64,000 nucleotides of DNA, taken from contig OY970359.1 in assembly GCA_963718665.1 (NCBI GenBank), positions 1,728,001 through 1,792,000 on the forward strand. Direction: 5' to 3'. Position numbers and translations under genes: made by a program. The notes under the pieces were generated by a model. The model did no database searches, was not told the origin of the DNA, and saw only the letters and a list, made by a program, of their open reading frames with translations. This document shows positions 53,189 through 62,537 of this stretch, piece after piece. This DNA comes from an uncultured Phycisphaerales bacterium. GTDB lineage: Bacteria; Planctomycetota; Phycisphaerae; Sedimentisphaerales; Anaerobacaceae. Numbering within the stretch: the stretch's first letter is position 1; each line of letters begins with the position of its first letter.

Positions 53189-54310
53189 GTGGAAACGAAG
53201 GTAATCAAACTCGATGTAAATGATATCGATGCGTCGGCAATAAAAGAGGCAGCCAGAATAATAGACGCCGGCGGGCTTGTCGCCTTTCCTACCGAAACCG
53301 TTTACGGCATCGCCTGTCGCGTCAGCAATGATTCATTGGCAAAGCTCGGCAACCTCAAAGGCAGGCCGGCGGACAAATACTATACCCTTCATATCGCCAA
53401 TCCTTCCGATGCCATGCGATATGTCCCCACAATTGGCCTGCGGGTGAAAAGGCTGATAAAAACCGCCTGGCCCGGGCCGCTGACAATGGTGTTTGAACTT
53501 GACGAAAAAGATATCGTTCGGCAAAAAGACAAAATATCGCCGGAAGTATTCAGCAATCTTTATCGCGACGGCTCAATCGGCATTCGCTGTCCCGACAATC
53601 CGGTCGCCTCGATGCTTTTATCGCAGACGACGTATCCTGTTGTCGCGCCAAGTGCAAATATCAGCGGACAACCTCCCGCAGTCGAAGCAGGCGGCATTGC
53701 CCAACAGTTTGAAGGCCAGCTCGATATGATTCTCGATGGCGGACTATGTAAATACGCCAAAAGCAGCACGGTCGCCAGGATAGGCCAAAAAGGCATCGAA
53801 ATACTCAGACAGGGCGTCTACTCTGAATCGCAACTCCTTGAAATGACTCAGGTTACGATTCTGTTTGTCTGCACGGGCAACAGTTGCAGAAGCCCTATGG
53901 CCGAAGGCCTGTTCAAAAAACATCTTGCAGAAAAGTTGGGCTGCCCCATTGACCGGCTCGCAGAAAAGGGATATACAATAACATCTGCGGGCACGTTTGG
54001 TATGGTCGGGTTTCCCGCCAGCGACGAGGCCATCGAGGCCTGTGCAGCAAAAGGGGTCGATATCAGCGCCCACAGAAGCAGGGCATTGACGATACACCTG
54101 ATTGAGCAGAGTGATTTGATATTTGCCATGACGCAGGGACATCGGGAAGCAGTATTGGAAATGTGCCCCGAAGCCGCGAGTAAATGTTCGCTGCTTGACG
54201 ACGGGGCCGATATCCCGGACCCGATAGGTCAGTCACGGGCAGTTTACGACAATTGTGCCGAACGCATCAACAAGGCGATAACAAAAAGAATTGATGAGAT
54301 GATATTATGA
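53189..54310 (+). CDS. tsaC: Sua5/TsaC threonylcarbamoyl-AMP synthase fused to a low-molecular-weight phosphatase
   Basis: AFPTETVYG, KGRP, WPGPLT, APSANISG; then FVCTGNSCRSPMAE and DIPDPIG. Confidence 0.9.
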   Translation: METKVIKLDVNDIDASAIKEAARIIDAGGLVAFPTETVYGIACRVSNDSLAKLGNLKGRPADKYYTLHIANPSDAMRYVPTIGLRVKRLIKTAWPGPLTMVFELDEKDIVRQKDKISPEVFSNLYRDGSIGIRCPDNPVASMLLSQTTYPVVAPSANISGQPPAVEAGGIAQQFEGQLDMILDGGLCKYAKSSTVARIGQKGIEILRQGVYSESQLLEMTQVTILFVCTGNSCRSPMAEGLFKKHLAEKLGCPIDRLAEKGYTITSAGTFGMVGFPASDEAIEACAAKGVDISAHRSRALTIHLIEQSDLIFAMTQGHREAVLEMCPEAASKCSLLDDGADIPDPIGQSRAVYDNCAERINKAITKRIDEMIL

Positions 54311-54780
54311 AAGTAGCGGTTGGAAGTGATCATCGAGGTTACAAAGCCAAAGAGCTGATTAAGACCATCATAGTCCAGCTTGGCCACGAGTGCATTGACG
54401 TCGGGACAGTTGACGGCAACCCCGTTGATTATCCTGACCCGGCGTATCTTGCCGCCAAGGCCGTCGCGGAGAAAAAAGCCGACAGAGCCATTTTGGCTTG
54501 CGGCACCGGTATAGGAATGAGCATCACAGCCAACAAGGTCAAAGGCATTCGTGCCGCCCTCTGTTACGATGAGCTTGGCGCACGCATTTCCCGTCATCAC
54601 AATGACGCCAATGTCCTTTGTGTCTCAGGCGAGCTTTTGGGCGAAGTCCTACTTCGCAAAATGGTCGAGGTCTGGCTCGGCACCGATTTTGCCGGCGGAA
54701 GACATCTCAGGAGGGTCCAGAAAATCGAGGCCATCGAAAAAGAAAAAGACCCAACGTCCGTTAAAAACCATAACGATTAA
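54307..54780 (+). CDS. rpiB: Ribose-5-phosphate isomerase B
   Basis: GSDHRG, DYPD, CGTGIGMSITANK, HNDANVL, GGRHLRR. Confidence 0.95.
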   Translation: MKVAVGSDHRGYKAKELIKTIIVQLGHECIDVGTVDGNPVDYPDPAYLAAKAVAEKKADRAILACGTGIGMSITANKVKGIRAALCYDELGARISRHHNDANVLCVSGELLGEVLLRKMVEVWLGTDFAGGRHLRRVQKIEAIEKEKDPTSVKNHND

Positions 54781-54802
54781 ACCAATTCCAGGAACAGAAA
54801 AT

Positions 54803-54842
54803 GACCCTGTGCAGCTTCGGCGAAACAGGGTCTTCTTTTTTT
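54803..54842 (+). terminator. Intrinsic terminator
   Basis: GACCCTGT...ACAGGGTC followed by a T-rich tail. Confidence 0.7.
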
Positions 54843-55027
54843 GCTGTCCTATTTGGATTTCCCCGGAACATTTCCTATATTCTAAATGGAGCTAATGAGA
54901 AACTAACGCCTTCTCTTCTCCTCTCTTCTTCGAAGGGGACGGGGTTGCTGACCGAGTGATACCCAGTGCAACGGGGGGGACCTCGTCTCCGGATTTTTAA
55001 AATAAAATTTAACAGGCGTTGCTGAAT

Positions 55028-55063
55028 AAAAAGGGCTGCGAGATAACTCGCAGCCCTTTTTTT
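55028..55063. terminator. Bidirectional intrinsic terminator
   Basis: AAAAAGGGCTGCGAG ATAA CTCGCAGCCCTTTTT. Confidence 0.85.
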
Positions 55064-55090
55064 AGCAATCTATGCAGTGTCTATTTTTGT

Positions 55091-58000
55091 TTAATATAGA
55101 GGGTTATTTCCCACCAGCCAGCCGTCAGCAAATGATATCAGGTCTTCTATATCAACTGTTCCGTCGCGGTCAAAATCGGCGCCGCTGCACCAGTTGTTGT
55201 CTGCATTGCAGTTGGTTTGACCCCACTGGCCGGCAAATCCCGCAAAGTCCACAAATTCCAGTGAGCAGGGTGATAAATATACCCCGTCAATGACCTGCCG
55301 ATTTATTCCCGGTCCCTCCCACGCCACCGATACGTTGTCATTGCCGGTATCTTGTTCTTTGTGCAGAACTTCAAAATAATACTTCTGGCCGGCTACCAGC
55401 GAAATTAGCCCCGACTGCTGCGAAGGGTATGTATCCCATGCCTCCCAGTCCGTTGGATCCAACGTATAAGCAATCGGTCCCAGGTTAGCAGGGTCATCGT
55501 TCGTACTGAGAAGCAGGAAGCCCATATCGTCGCTGGCAATCCAGAACGTGTAGCTGCCGCTGGTTACCGGATTTAGATACCCCAGGAATCGAGAACCGTT
55601 ATTATTACCCCAGTTTAAAGGCCCTTCCAGTTTAGTAACCAATTGTCTGCCGCTCGGGTTGTCAGGGTAATTAGCGTTGTCAAGCAGGTCTTCTATATCA
55701 GATCCCGGTACGTCATTCCACCATTCGCGGAGTATTGACCCGGTGCCGCTGGCGGGATTGATCGGCGTAGCGGAAACCTCACTCGAATTCACGGATTCAA
55801 GACCGGAGGTGTCAACCGCGGTAACGACATAGTAATAAGTTGTTCCGTTAACAACATTAGTGTCAGTGTAATTCGAACTGGTTAATAAAGCGCTGTTCAA
55901 TTCGACATAGCCGCTGCCCGAGGTTGTCGAACGATAAACATTGTAGCCGGCCAAGTCGATTTCAGTATTGGTGTTCCAGTCGAGCGAGACAGTTCCTACG
56001 CTTGACGCTGCTGACAGTCCGGTCGGCGCAGCCGGGGCCACATTTGGGGCCATCTTGACTACGAAGCCGATAAGCGAATGGTTGCCGCTCGTTTGGGTTA
56101 CACTTGGCGTTTCGCTGGCGCCTGTTGCGGGTTTGTGTCCATCCATACCATCGTAACCAGACACGGAAAGGTCAACGTCTTTAGTCCAGCCGCTTGTTAC
56201 AGTGTATGTGCCAATGATGGAGCTGGCGGCATTTTCAATTACCATATCACCGTTGTTCGTGGTAAGTGCAGAAGTCGATACCGTAGCGCTGCTTGTTACC
56301 CCGGCACTGGCAGTGGCCCCTACAGGAGTTGTCTGGTTGACATGCTGAAGGAATACACTGGTGTATGTAATATTGGAGCTGGATGGCGAAGATGTCCATG
56401 TAGGTATAAAAGTGGTGTTTGTTGCGGCATTGATGTTGGCGTCGTTGAGGATAAACGCCGCGACGTATGCCTGGCTGGAGCCGCTTCCTGTGAGCTTATC
56501 GGTGATTTTTGTCATCGCTTGTCCGCCATAGGTAACAGCGGTCAAACTTGATGAGCTGCTGCTGGCTTTTGCGTGTGCGACAAAAACCAATGCGCGGTTG
56601 TAGCCCGACGCGTTGGTGTTAGTTGTGCCGGTTACCCATGAGCTGATTATTCCAACGATTGGGTTGGTTTGTGGCCTGGCTGAAACCTGGCTAGAGTTGG
56701 CGGATTCATTCAAAGAGGTATCCACAGCCGTAACTACATAATAATAGATTGTACCGTTTGTAACATTGCCGTCGGTGAAATTCGGACTGTTCAACAGCGC
56801 CCCGTTTTGCTTGGTGTAGGAACCACTGGAAATTGTCGAACGATACACGTTATAGCCGTTTATGTCTGGTTCAGTATTATTGTTCCAGACAAGCAAAACA
56901 TTTGCGTCACCCGCTGTAGCGGACAGGCCCGAAGGAGCCGCCGGAGGTGTTGAGTCGGCAGGAACAGTCGCTGACACCTCGATTGAATCGGCAGATGAGT
57001 TAAAGTTTGTATCTACCGCCGTTACAACGTAGTAATAAGTCCTTGTGCCCGCGACATTTGTGTCGGTGTAAGCGGAAGTTTTCGAGCGCACAAGATTAAG
57101 CCGGGTGGTTTCGCCGCCCGGTGTTGTCGAACGATAAATATCGTATCCGTACAAATCACCATCGGTGTTGTCATTCCAGTCAAGCGTTACTGTTCCCGTG
57201 CTGGGCGTTGCCTTCAGTCCTGTCGGAGTCGCCGGGGGTATTGTGTTTCCGTCGCTGGGCTGGTTGTTGTTTCTCATCAGGTAAAGCGTATCCTTGACAA
57301 AGCCGCCCATTTCATATTCGCCGATGCGAAGTTTATATATCAAACCGTCGGTAAACATCGTAGGTGTCCAGTCATAGCTTGAAACCCAGGCGCTGTTGCT
57401 GATGTTTCGTGCTTCACGGAAATTCTGGAGCGGCTGGCCATAATTAGTAATAGAGCCGTAACCAAGATAGTCATTTGGGTCGTTGTAGAATCCCCATTCG
57501 CTCATAAAAACGGGGTAGTGGGCAAGACAATTATTAATATTGGTCGTGTACCAGTTACTGCCGGGTGTTCCGTTAAGCCAATGGTAGGGATAGATGTGAG
57601 AAACGATAGCGATGTTGTCTCCCGTAAGGGGATAAGTTGCTGCCGGTCCGATTGTCTGGGACCAGCTCGCGCCTGCCACAAGGATAAGATTATTGGGTGC
57701 GTATGAACGCACGATATTAAACCAGTTTTGCATATCTGTTCTGACGCTTAGCCAGTTGGCGTTATCCGAACCGAAACTGGTATTTATCGGCTCATTGAAA
57801 AGCTCAAAAATAACGTGGCTGTCATTAGCGAACTTTGGCGCCATATACGTCCAGAATTGGTTTGTTGATGCAATATGGCTGTAGGTATTGTCGACATAGT
57901 GCCAGTCAATGATTGCGTAAAGGTTTTTTGTTTTGCAGTAATCAACAACCGACCTGAGAAGAGTATATAAATCAGTATTATTGGGGTCAAAGGGATGCGG

Positions 58001-58312
58001 CCAGCCATAGTTTACCGAATCAGGCGGGGTAATGTTAATCCTGAGAACTCTGGGGTACCAGCCGGGAGAACTTCCGCAGGGGTCGTTTTGATTCGTCAGC
58101 CGGTCAACCATAGCGGTTGCGCCGCCCTCCCAATCCTGAAGAAAACCCAAATCAATCAAATCGATGCCTCTCAGGACGACGATATTGCCACAGGGGTCTT
58201 TTATAACATTGCCGTCCGTGTGCAGCCAGGGAGTTGCGGCATAAAGCGGGGTTGCCAGGCAAAAAAGCGAGAAAACCACGATTGTTTGAGCTAACCTTCT
58301 TTTCATCATCAT
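55091..58312 (-). CDS. Secreted multidomain GH5 (GH5, FN3 x3, PA14, dockerin-like)
   Basis: IIDWH, FELFNEP, VFMSEWG; three PAAPTGL..YYYVVTAVDT FN3 repeats; YTFWIASDD PA14; DFDRDGTVDIEDL. Confidence 0.9.
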   Translation of the reverse strand: MMMKRRLAQTIVVFSLFCLATPLYAATPWLHTDGNVIKDPCGNIVVLRGIDLIDLGFLQDWEGGATAMVDRLTNQNDPCGSSPGWYPRVLRINITPPDSVNYGWPHPFDPNNTDLYTLLRSVVDYCKTKNLYAIIDWHYVDNTYSHIASTNQFWTYMAPKFANDSHVIFELFNEPINTSFGSDNANWLSVRTDMQNWFNIVRSYAPNNLILVAGASWSQTIGPAATYPLTGDNIAIVSHIYPYHWLNGTPGSNWYTTNINNCLAHYPVFMSEWGFYNDPNDYLGYGSITNYGQPLQNFREARNISNSAWVSSYDWTPTMFTDGLIYKLRIGEYEMGGFVKDTLYLMRNNNQPSDGNTIPPATPTGLKATPSTGTVTLDWNDNTDGDLYGYDIYRSTTPGGETTRLNLVRSKTSAYTDTNVAGTRTYYYVVTAVDTNFNSSADSIEVSATVPADSTPPAAPSGLSATAGDANVLLVWNNNTEPDINGYNVYRSTISSGSYTKQNGALLNSPNFTDGNVTNGTIYYYVVTAVDTSLNESANSSQVSARPQTNPIVGIISSWVTGTTNTNASGYNRALVFVAHAKASSSSSSLTAVTYGGQAMTKITDKLTGSGSSQAYVAAFILNDANINAATNTTFIPTWTSSPSSSNITYTSVFLQHVNQTTPVGATASAGVTSSATVSTSALTTNNGDMVIENAASSIIGTYTVTSGWTKDVDLSVSGYDGMDGHKPATGASETPSVTQTSGNHSLIGFVVKMAPNVAPAAPTGLSAASSVGTVSLDWNTNTEIDLAGYNVYRSTTSGSGYVELNSALLTSSNYTDTNVVNGTTYYYVVTAVDTSGLESVNSSEVSATPINPASGTGSILREWWNDVPGSDIEDLLDNANYPDNPSGRQLVTKLEGPLNWGNNNGSRFLGYLNPVTSGSYTFWIASDDMGFLLLSTNDDPANLGPIAYTLDPTDWEAWDTYPSQQSGLISLVAGQKYYFEVLHKEQDTGNDNVSVAWEGPGINRQVIDGVYLSPCSLEFVDFAGFAGQWGQTNCNADNNWCSGADFDRDGTVDIEDLISFADGWLVGNNPLY

Positions 58313-58952
58313 TCTAACCCCCAAAAAAGACGCAAACCCCATTTACTGGGTATGTGTGGAGACAATAATGGTGGGCCGCAATCGGTCAGTAACTCCGTTT
58401 ACCTGTTCAATATAAGTTTACCATAAAACCTACTACGTTTTCAAGGATTAAGTTATTGCAAAATAAATTTAAAAAAAGTACCGGTAGGCGTAAGTTCCTG
58501 CTGGCATTGAAATTACGGCAAAACCACTGATGGCTGCTCAATTCAAAAGAGCTATTCCTCGGCAAACGTGTAAATGCAAAAACGATAACGGCCCCGCTTA
58601 ATATTCTCTTCTTAAATTACTCCAACCTCCAAAAATCAAACGGCTTCCTGATATGGCTTAAAAAATATGCAAAGCGACTATTCTATCAGGGGATGTGCTG
58701 GTGGTGGTTATAGGAACACTTCGACATTTGATTCTGGCATTCACCTTATGGTTAATAGTTTGTCATAATTTGCCGGCCTAACCGAGTTTAAACTGGGCAA
58801 AAAGGGCAATTTTAGGAAAAAGGCGGTTGGTTTACGCAAGAGGCGGATTTGCGCTATCCAAACCACAATAAATCCGGCTGAATCTGTATTGCTAATTGCC
58901 GGATGATGGATTATCATTACCACTTACTTTATTATTAAGCGGGGAAGCATTT

Positions 58953-59897
58953 GTGCGAAAGCTCAGTATATTGGCGATTTTGATAGCAGCGAGTTTGGCT
59001 TTGCCGACGGGGCGGGTTGCCATTTGCGCAGAAACATTGCGATTGGATGAGCAGGGCCAGTTGCAAAAGGTGACGGACAGTAATGATGAGCAGTATCTGC
59101 TGCGGGTCGCGGAAATAAAAAAGCTTGTTGACGCGGGTAAGCCGGATCAGGTCAAAAAGGCCGCTGAACAGCTTAAGAAGGATTTTCCCGGTGTTGCTGG
59201 CAAGGACTTCGGTTCATTTATGAAAGCCGAGGTGCATTTAGCTGGAGGCAAACTGACCAAGGCGGTGAGGCAATACGATGATTTTCTGGATAAATACCCC
59301 ATCAGTCCCCTGAAAGACGCTGCGCTTAACCGGCAGTTTGAAGTCGCAACGGAGTTTTTGGCGGGCCGCAAGAAGACAATTATTATATTCAGGGTCAGCG
59401 CCTTCGAGGACGGCGTAAAGATAATGGAAAAAATCAGCGACCGGACAGGCACCGCGGATATAGCGAAAAATGCCCTGCTGTCTGTTGCGCACAGTTACGA
59501 AAAACGCAAACAGTATAACGAAGCATACCTCAAGTGGTCGGAAATATCGATGCGATGGCCCACAGGCGAAATAGCCAGGGACGCGCTGCTGGCGATGGCG
59601 AGGACTAAATACGAGGCGTATCGCGGGTCGGTGTATGACGGGTCGAGCTTAATCAGCGCAAAGACCTATTATGAGAATTTTAAACTGCGTTACCCTGAAG
59701 AGGCGCAGGAGCTGAAGGTGAATGAGATTTTAACCCGTATCAGCGAGCAATTGGCAGAGAAGAATCTGTTGATAGCCAAATATTATGAAAGGACCGGCAG
59801 CGCAGGACCGGCCAATATGTATTACCAGTTGGTTGTTGATAGCTGGCCGGATACCAAAGCGGCACAGACGGCGCGGCTTAAATTGAATCAAAAATAA
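58953..59897 (+). CDS. bamD: Outer-membrane assembly factor BamD-like TPR protein
   Basis: TPR helices, YRGSVYDG, LAEKNLLIAKYYER..AN.YYQLVV..WPDT; upstream of lptE. Confidence 0.75.
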   Translation: MRKLSILAILIAASLALPTGRVAICAETLRLDEQGQLQKVTDSNDEQYLLRVAEIKKLVDAGKPDQVKKAAEQLKKDFPGVAGKDFGSFMKAEVHLAGGKLTKAVRQYDDFLDKYPISPLKDAALNRQFEVATEFLAGRKKTIIIFRVSAFEDGVKIMEKISDRTGTADIAKNALLSVAHSYEKRKQYNEAYLKWSEISMRWPTGEIARDALLAMARTKYEAYRGSVYDGSSLISAKTYYENFKLRYPEEAQELKVNEILTRISEQLAEKNLLIAKYYERTGSAGPANMYYQLVVDSWPDTKAAQTARLKLNQK

Positions 59898-59902
59898 AGG
59901 AC

Positions 59903-60463
59903 ATGATGACTAAGAGTAGAGGACAGATGGCTGATGACCGAGGACAGATGGCTGATTGTCTGCCTTCTGTCTTCCGTCTTCTGTCTTCCGTCTTCTGTCT
60001 TCTGGCTCTTGCCGGCTGCGCAGGTTACAGCAACACATCGCTGTACCCGAAAGATGTTGCGACTGTTTACGTGGAAATGTTTGATAATCAGAGTTTCAGA
60101 CGCGGCATAGAGTATGAGCTGACCGACGCCCTGGCGAAGCGCATAGAATCGCAGACGCCCTACAAGATAGTTTCGAACCGTGACAAGGCCGACACCGTAA
60201 TAAGCGGGCATATTGCGCAGGTCAAAGAATCGGTTTTGACCACTGAACGCCAGATAGGCAGGGCGATGGAGAAAAATATCGAGCTTCGGGCCGTGGTGAG
60301 CTGGAAGAACTTGCGGACCGGAGAACTGTTGATAGATAATAAAACAGTAAGCGCGTCAGCCAGCTACTCGGAGTGGCAAAGCCAGAGTTTCGCATACGGC
60401 TCGACGCTTGCGGCAAACTCGCTTGCGGTGCGAATCGTGGAACTGATGGAATCTAAATGGTAG
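59903..60463 (+). CDS. lptE: LPS assembly lipoprotein LptE-like
   Basis: Lipobox LAGC; GY..SLYP, VYVEMFDNQSFRRGIEYELTDAL. Confidence 0.78.
   Translation: MMTKSRGQMADDRGQMADCLPSVFRLLSSVFCLLALAGCAGYSNTSLYPKDVATVYVEMFDNQSFRRGIEYELTDALAKRIESQTPYKIVSNRDKADTVISGHIAQVKESVLTTERQIGRAMEKNIELRAVVSWKNLRTGELLIDNKTVSASASYSEWQSQSFAYGSTLAANSLAVRIVELMESKW
59918..60007. repeat. Inverted heptamer arrays inside the lptE signal-peptide region
   Basis: AGAGGAC/AGATGGC-type units x5, then TCTGTCT/TCCGTCT-type units x7. Confidence 0.8.
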
Positions 60464-60505
60464 CCGCCGGGTTTTGTGTCCTGGCGACTTAGCGGCAAAA
60501 TAGAT

Positions 60506-62497
60506 ATGGTCGAAAATCGAAAGAAAAAAAACGGCTCAGGTCGATTCGAGAAAAAAGATTTACCCGGGAAAAATCCGATGGTGCCCCGCAACGGGCCGTT
60601 TAATCTGCTTTTGATTGCGGGCGTGATAATAACGGTAATGCTGCTGGTCCAGCAGTTGACGCCGCGAGTCGATACGCTCAGGTACGACGAGTTTGTTGAG
60701 CATCTTCGCGATGGGCATATCGAAAAGGTTGTTCTCAGCGAAACCGATATCAGCGGCCAGTTCAAGCAGGAGTGGGTTACGAGCAAGGGGAACAAAACCG
60801 CGAAGGAATTCGTTGTTACATACAGGTCGGGCGGCGTTCTCGATGATGACCTGAAAAAGCTGCTGGCTGAGCAGATTGATAAAGGCGGCCTGCAGGTTGA
60901 GCAGAGTAAAGAGCGTGTCTGGCTGTGGAACCTGCTTGGTATGCTGTTTCCGCTTGTCCTTGTGGGCCTGTTTTTATACCTGATGTTTGCTCGTAATCTT
61001 CGCGGCGGGGCTGGCGGTATGCTGATGTCATTCGGCAGGAGCAAACATCGCCTGCACGATAAAGAAAAAGTAAAAATCACCTTCGAGGACGTCGCGGGAA
61101 TAGACGAAGCCAAGGAAGAGGTTGCGGAGATAATTGAGTTTTTGAGAAATCCCAAGAAATTCCAGCGGCTCGGCGGACGCATACCTCGCGGCGTATTGCT
61201 TGTGGGGCCTCCCGGTTGCGGCAAGACGCTTTTGGCAAAAGCCATCGCGGGCGAGGCGGATGTGCCGTTTTACAGCATATCGGGAAGTGATTTCGTTGAG
61301 ATGTTCGTAGGCGTGGGGGCGTCGCGCGTGCGGGATTTGTTCAAGCAGGCCAAAGACAGCTCACCCTGTATTATATTTCTTGATGAAATTGACGCCGTGG
61401 GTCGCAGACGCAGCGCAAGTTTCGCGGGCGGCGGACACGATGAACGCGAACAGACGCTCAACGCAATCCTTGTTGAGATGGACGGGTTCGATACCGATGA
61501 CCAGGTGATTGTGATGGCGGCAACAAACCGCTCAGACATACTGGATAGCGCATTAACCAGGCCGGGCAGATTCGACAGGCAGGTGGTGGTGCCTCTGCCT
61601 GACCTCAAGGGTCGGATGGAGATACTCAGGGTTCACGCCAAGAAGGTCAAGCTCGGCCCTGATGTGAACCTCGAACGAGCAGCTCGCGGGACGCCGATGT
61701 TCAGCGGTGCAGATTTGGCGGCGATTATCAACGAGGCGGCGCTGGCGGCGACTATGGCCAACAAGGATTTCATCGAAAGCGCAGACCTCGAAGAAGCAAG
61801 AGACAAGGTGCGCTGGGGTCGCGCCAAGAAAAGCAGGGTAATCGACCAGAAAGAACGGGAGATTACCGCCTTCCACGAGGCCGGACATACGCTTGTGCAG
61901 TCAATATTGAAAGAGGCGGATCCGCTTCATAAAGTCAGCATTATCCCTCGCGGGCCGATGGGCGGGGCGACATTTGCGCTGCCGGAAAAGGACCGCACAC
62001 TGTTTACGAAAAAATATTGTATGGCGCTGCTGCAGGTTTGCTTCGGAGGCAGAATTGCCGAAGAAATGTTCTGCGAAGACATATCGAGCGGAGCGCAATC
62101 AGATATCCAGCAGGCGACCCGGATTGCCAAACAAATGGTGCTGACTTGGGGGATGAGCGAACGGCTGGGTCCTGTCAGTTACGAGACGGATGCCGGACTT
62201 GCGGAGACATTCTACGGGCTGCCTGCCGAGAAGGAGTATTCTGAAAAGACCGCGGAAACAATAGATATTGAGGTCAAACGGATAACCGATGAGGCATACA
62301 ACAAGGCCAGGGAATTGATTGAACATAACAGGGACAATGTCGAGCGTATCGCCAAAGCCCTTCTCAAGTATGAGACGCTCGATGCGGAAGACGTGAAGAT
62401 TATTATCGCGGGGGGCTCCCTCGATAAGCCGACGGTGGCGGATTTACTTGCGGCAGAGCAGGCGAAAGACAAAAAAACCGCCGAGGAAAAGAAATAA
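60506..62497 (+). CDS. ftsH: ATP-dependent zinc metalloprotease FtsH
   Basis: 2 [30 protein letters not shown]. Confidence 0.97.
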   Translation: MVENRKKKNGSGRFEKKDLPGKNPMVPRNGPFNLLLIAGVIITVMLLVQQLTPRVDTLRYDEFVEHLRDGHIEKVVLSETDISGQFKQEWVTSKGNKTAKEFVVTYRSGGVLDDDLKKLLAEQIDKGGLQVEQSKERVWLWNLLGMLFPLVLVGLFLYLMFARNLRGGAGGMLMSFGRSKHRLHDKEKVKITFEDVAGIDEAKEEVAEIIEFLRNPKKFQRLGGRIPRGVLLVGPPGCGKTLLAKAIAGEADVPFYSISGSDFVEMFVGVGASRVRDLFKQAKDSSPCIIFLDEIDAVGRRRSASFAGGGHDEREQTLNAILVEMDGFDTDDQVIVMAATNRSDILDSALTRPGRFDRQVVVPLPDLKGRMEILRVHAKKVKLGPDVNLERAARGTPMFSGADLAAIINEAALAATMANKDFIESADLEEARDKVRWGRAKKSRVIDQKEREITAFHEAGHTLVQSILKEADPLHKVSIIPRGPMGGATFALPEKDRTLFTKKYCMALLQVCFGGRIAEEMFCEDISSGAQSDIQQATRIAKQMVLTWGMSERLGPVSYETDAGLAETFYGLPAEKEYSEKTAETIDIEVKRITDEAYNKARELIEHNRDNVERIAKALLKYETLDAEDVKIIIAGGSLDKPTVADLLAAEQAKDKKTAEEKK

Positions 62498-62537
62498 AAG
62501 GCGGGCGTTTCAATATTTTTAATCCTTCGATAGGGAT

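Noticed and set aside
55760..57240. Three ~270-bp internal repeats in the large GH5 gene
   Set aside because: Explained by ordinary FN3 domain duplication.
58342..58950. 600-bp intergenic region as an ncRNA locus
   Set aside because: AT-rich divergent promoter region with no recognisable RNA motif.
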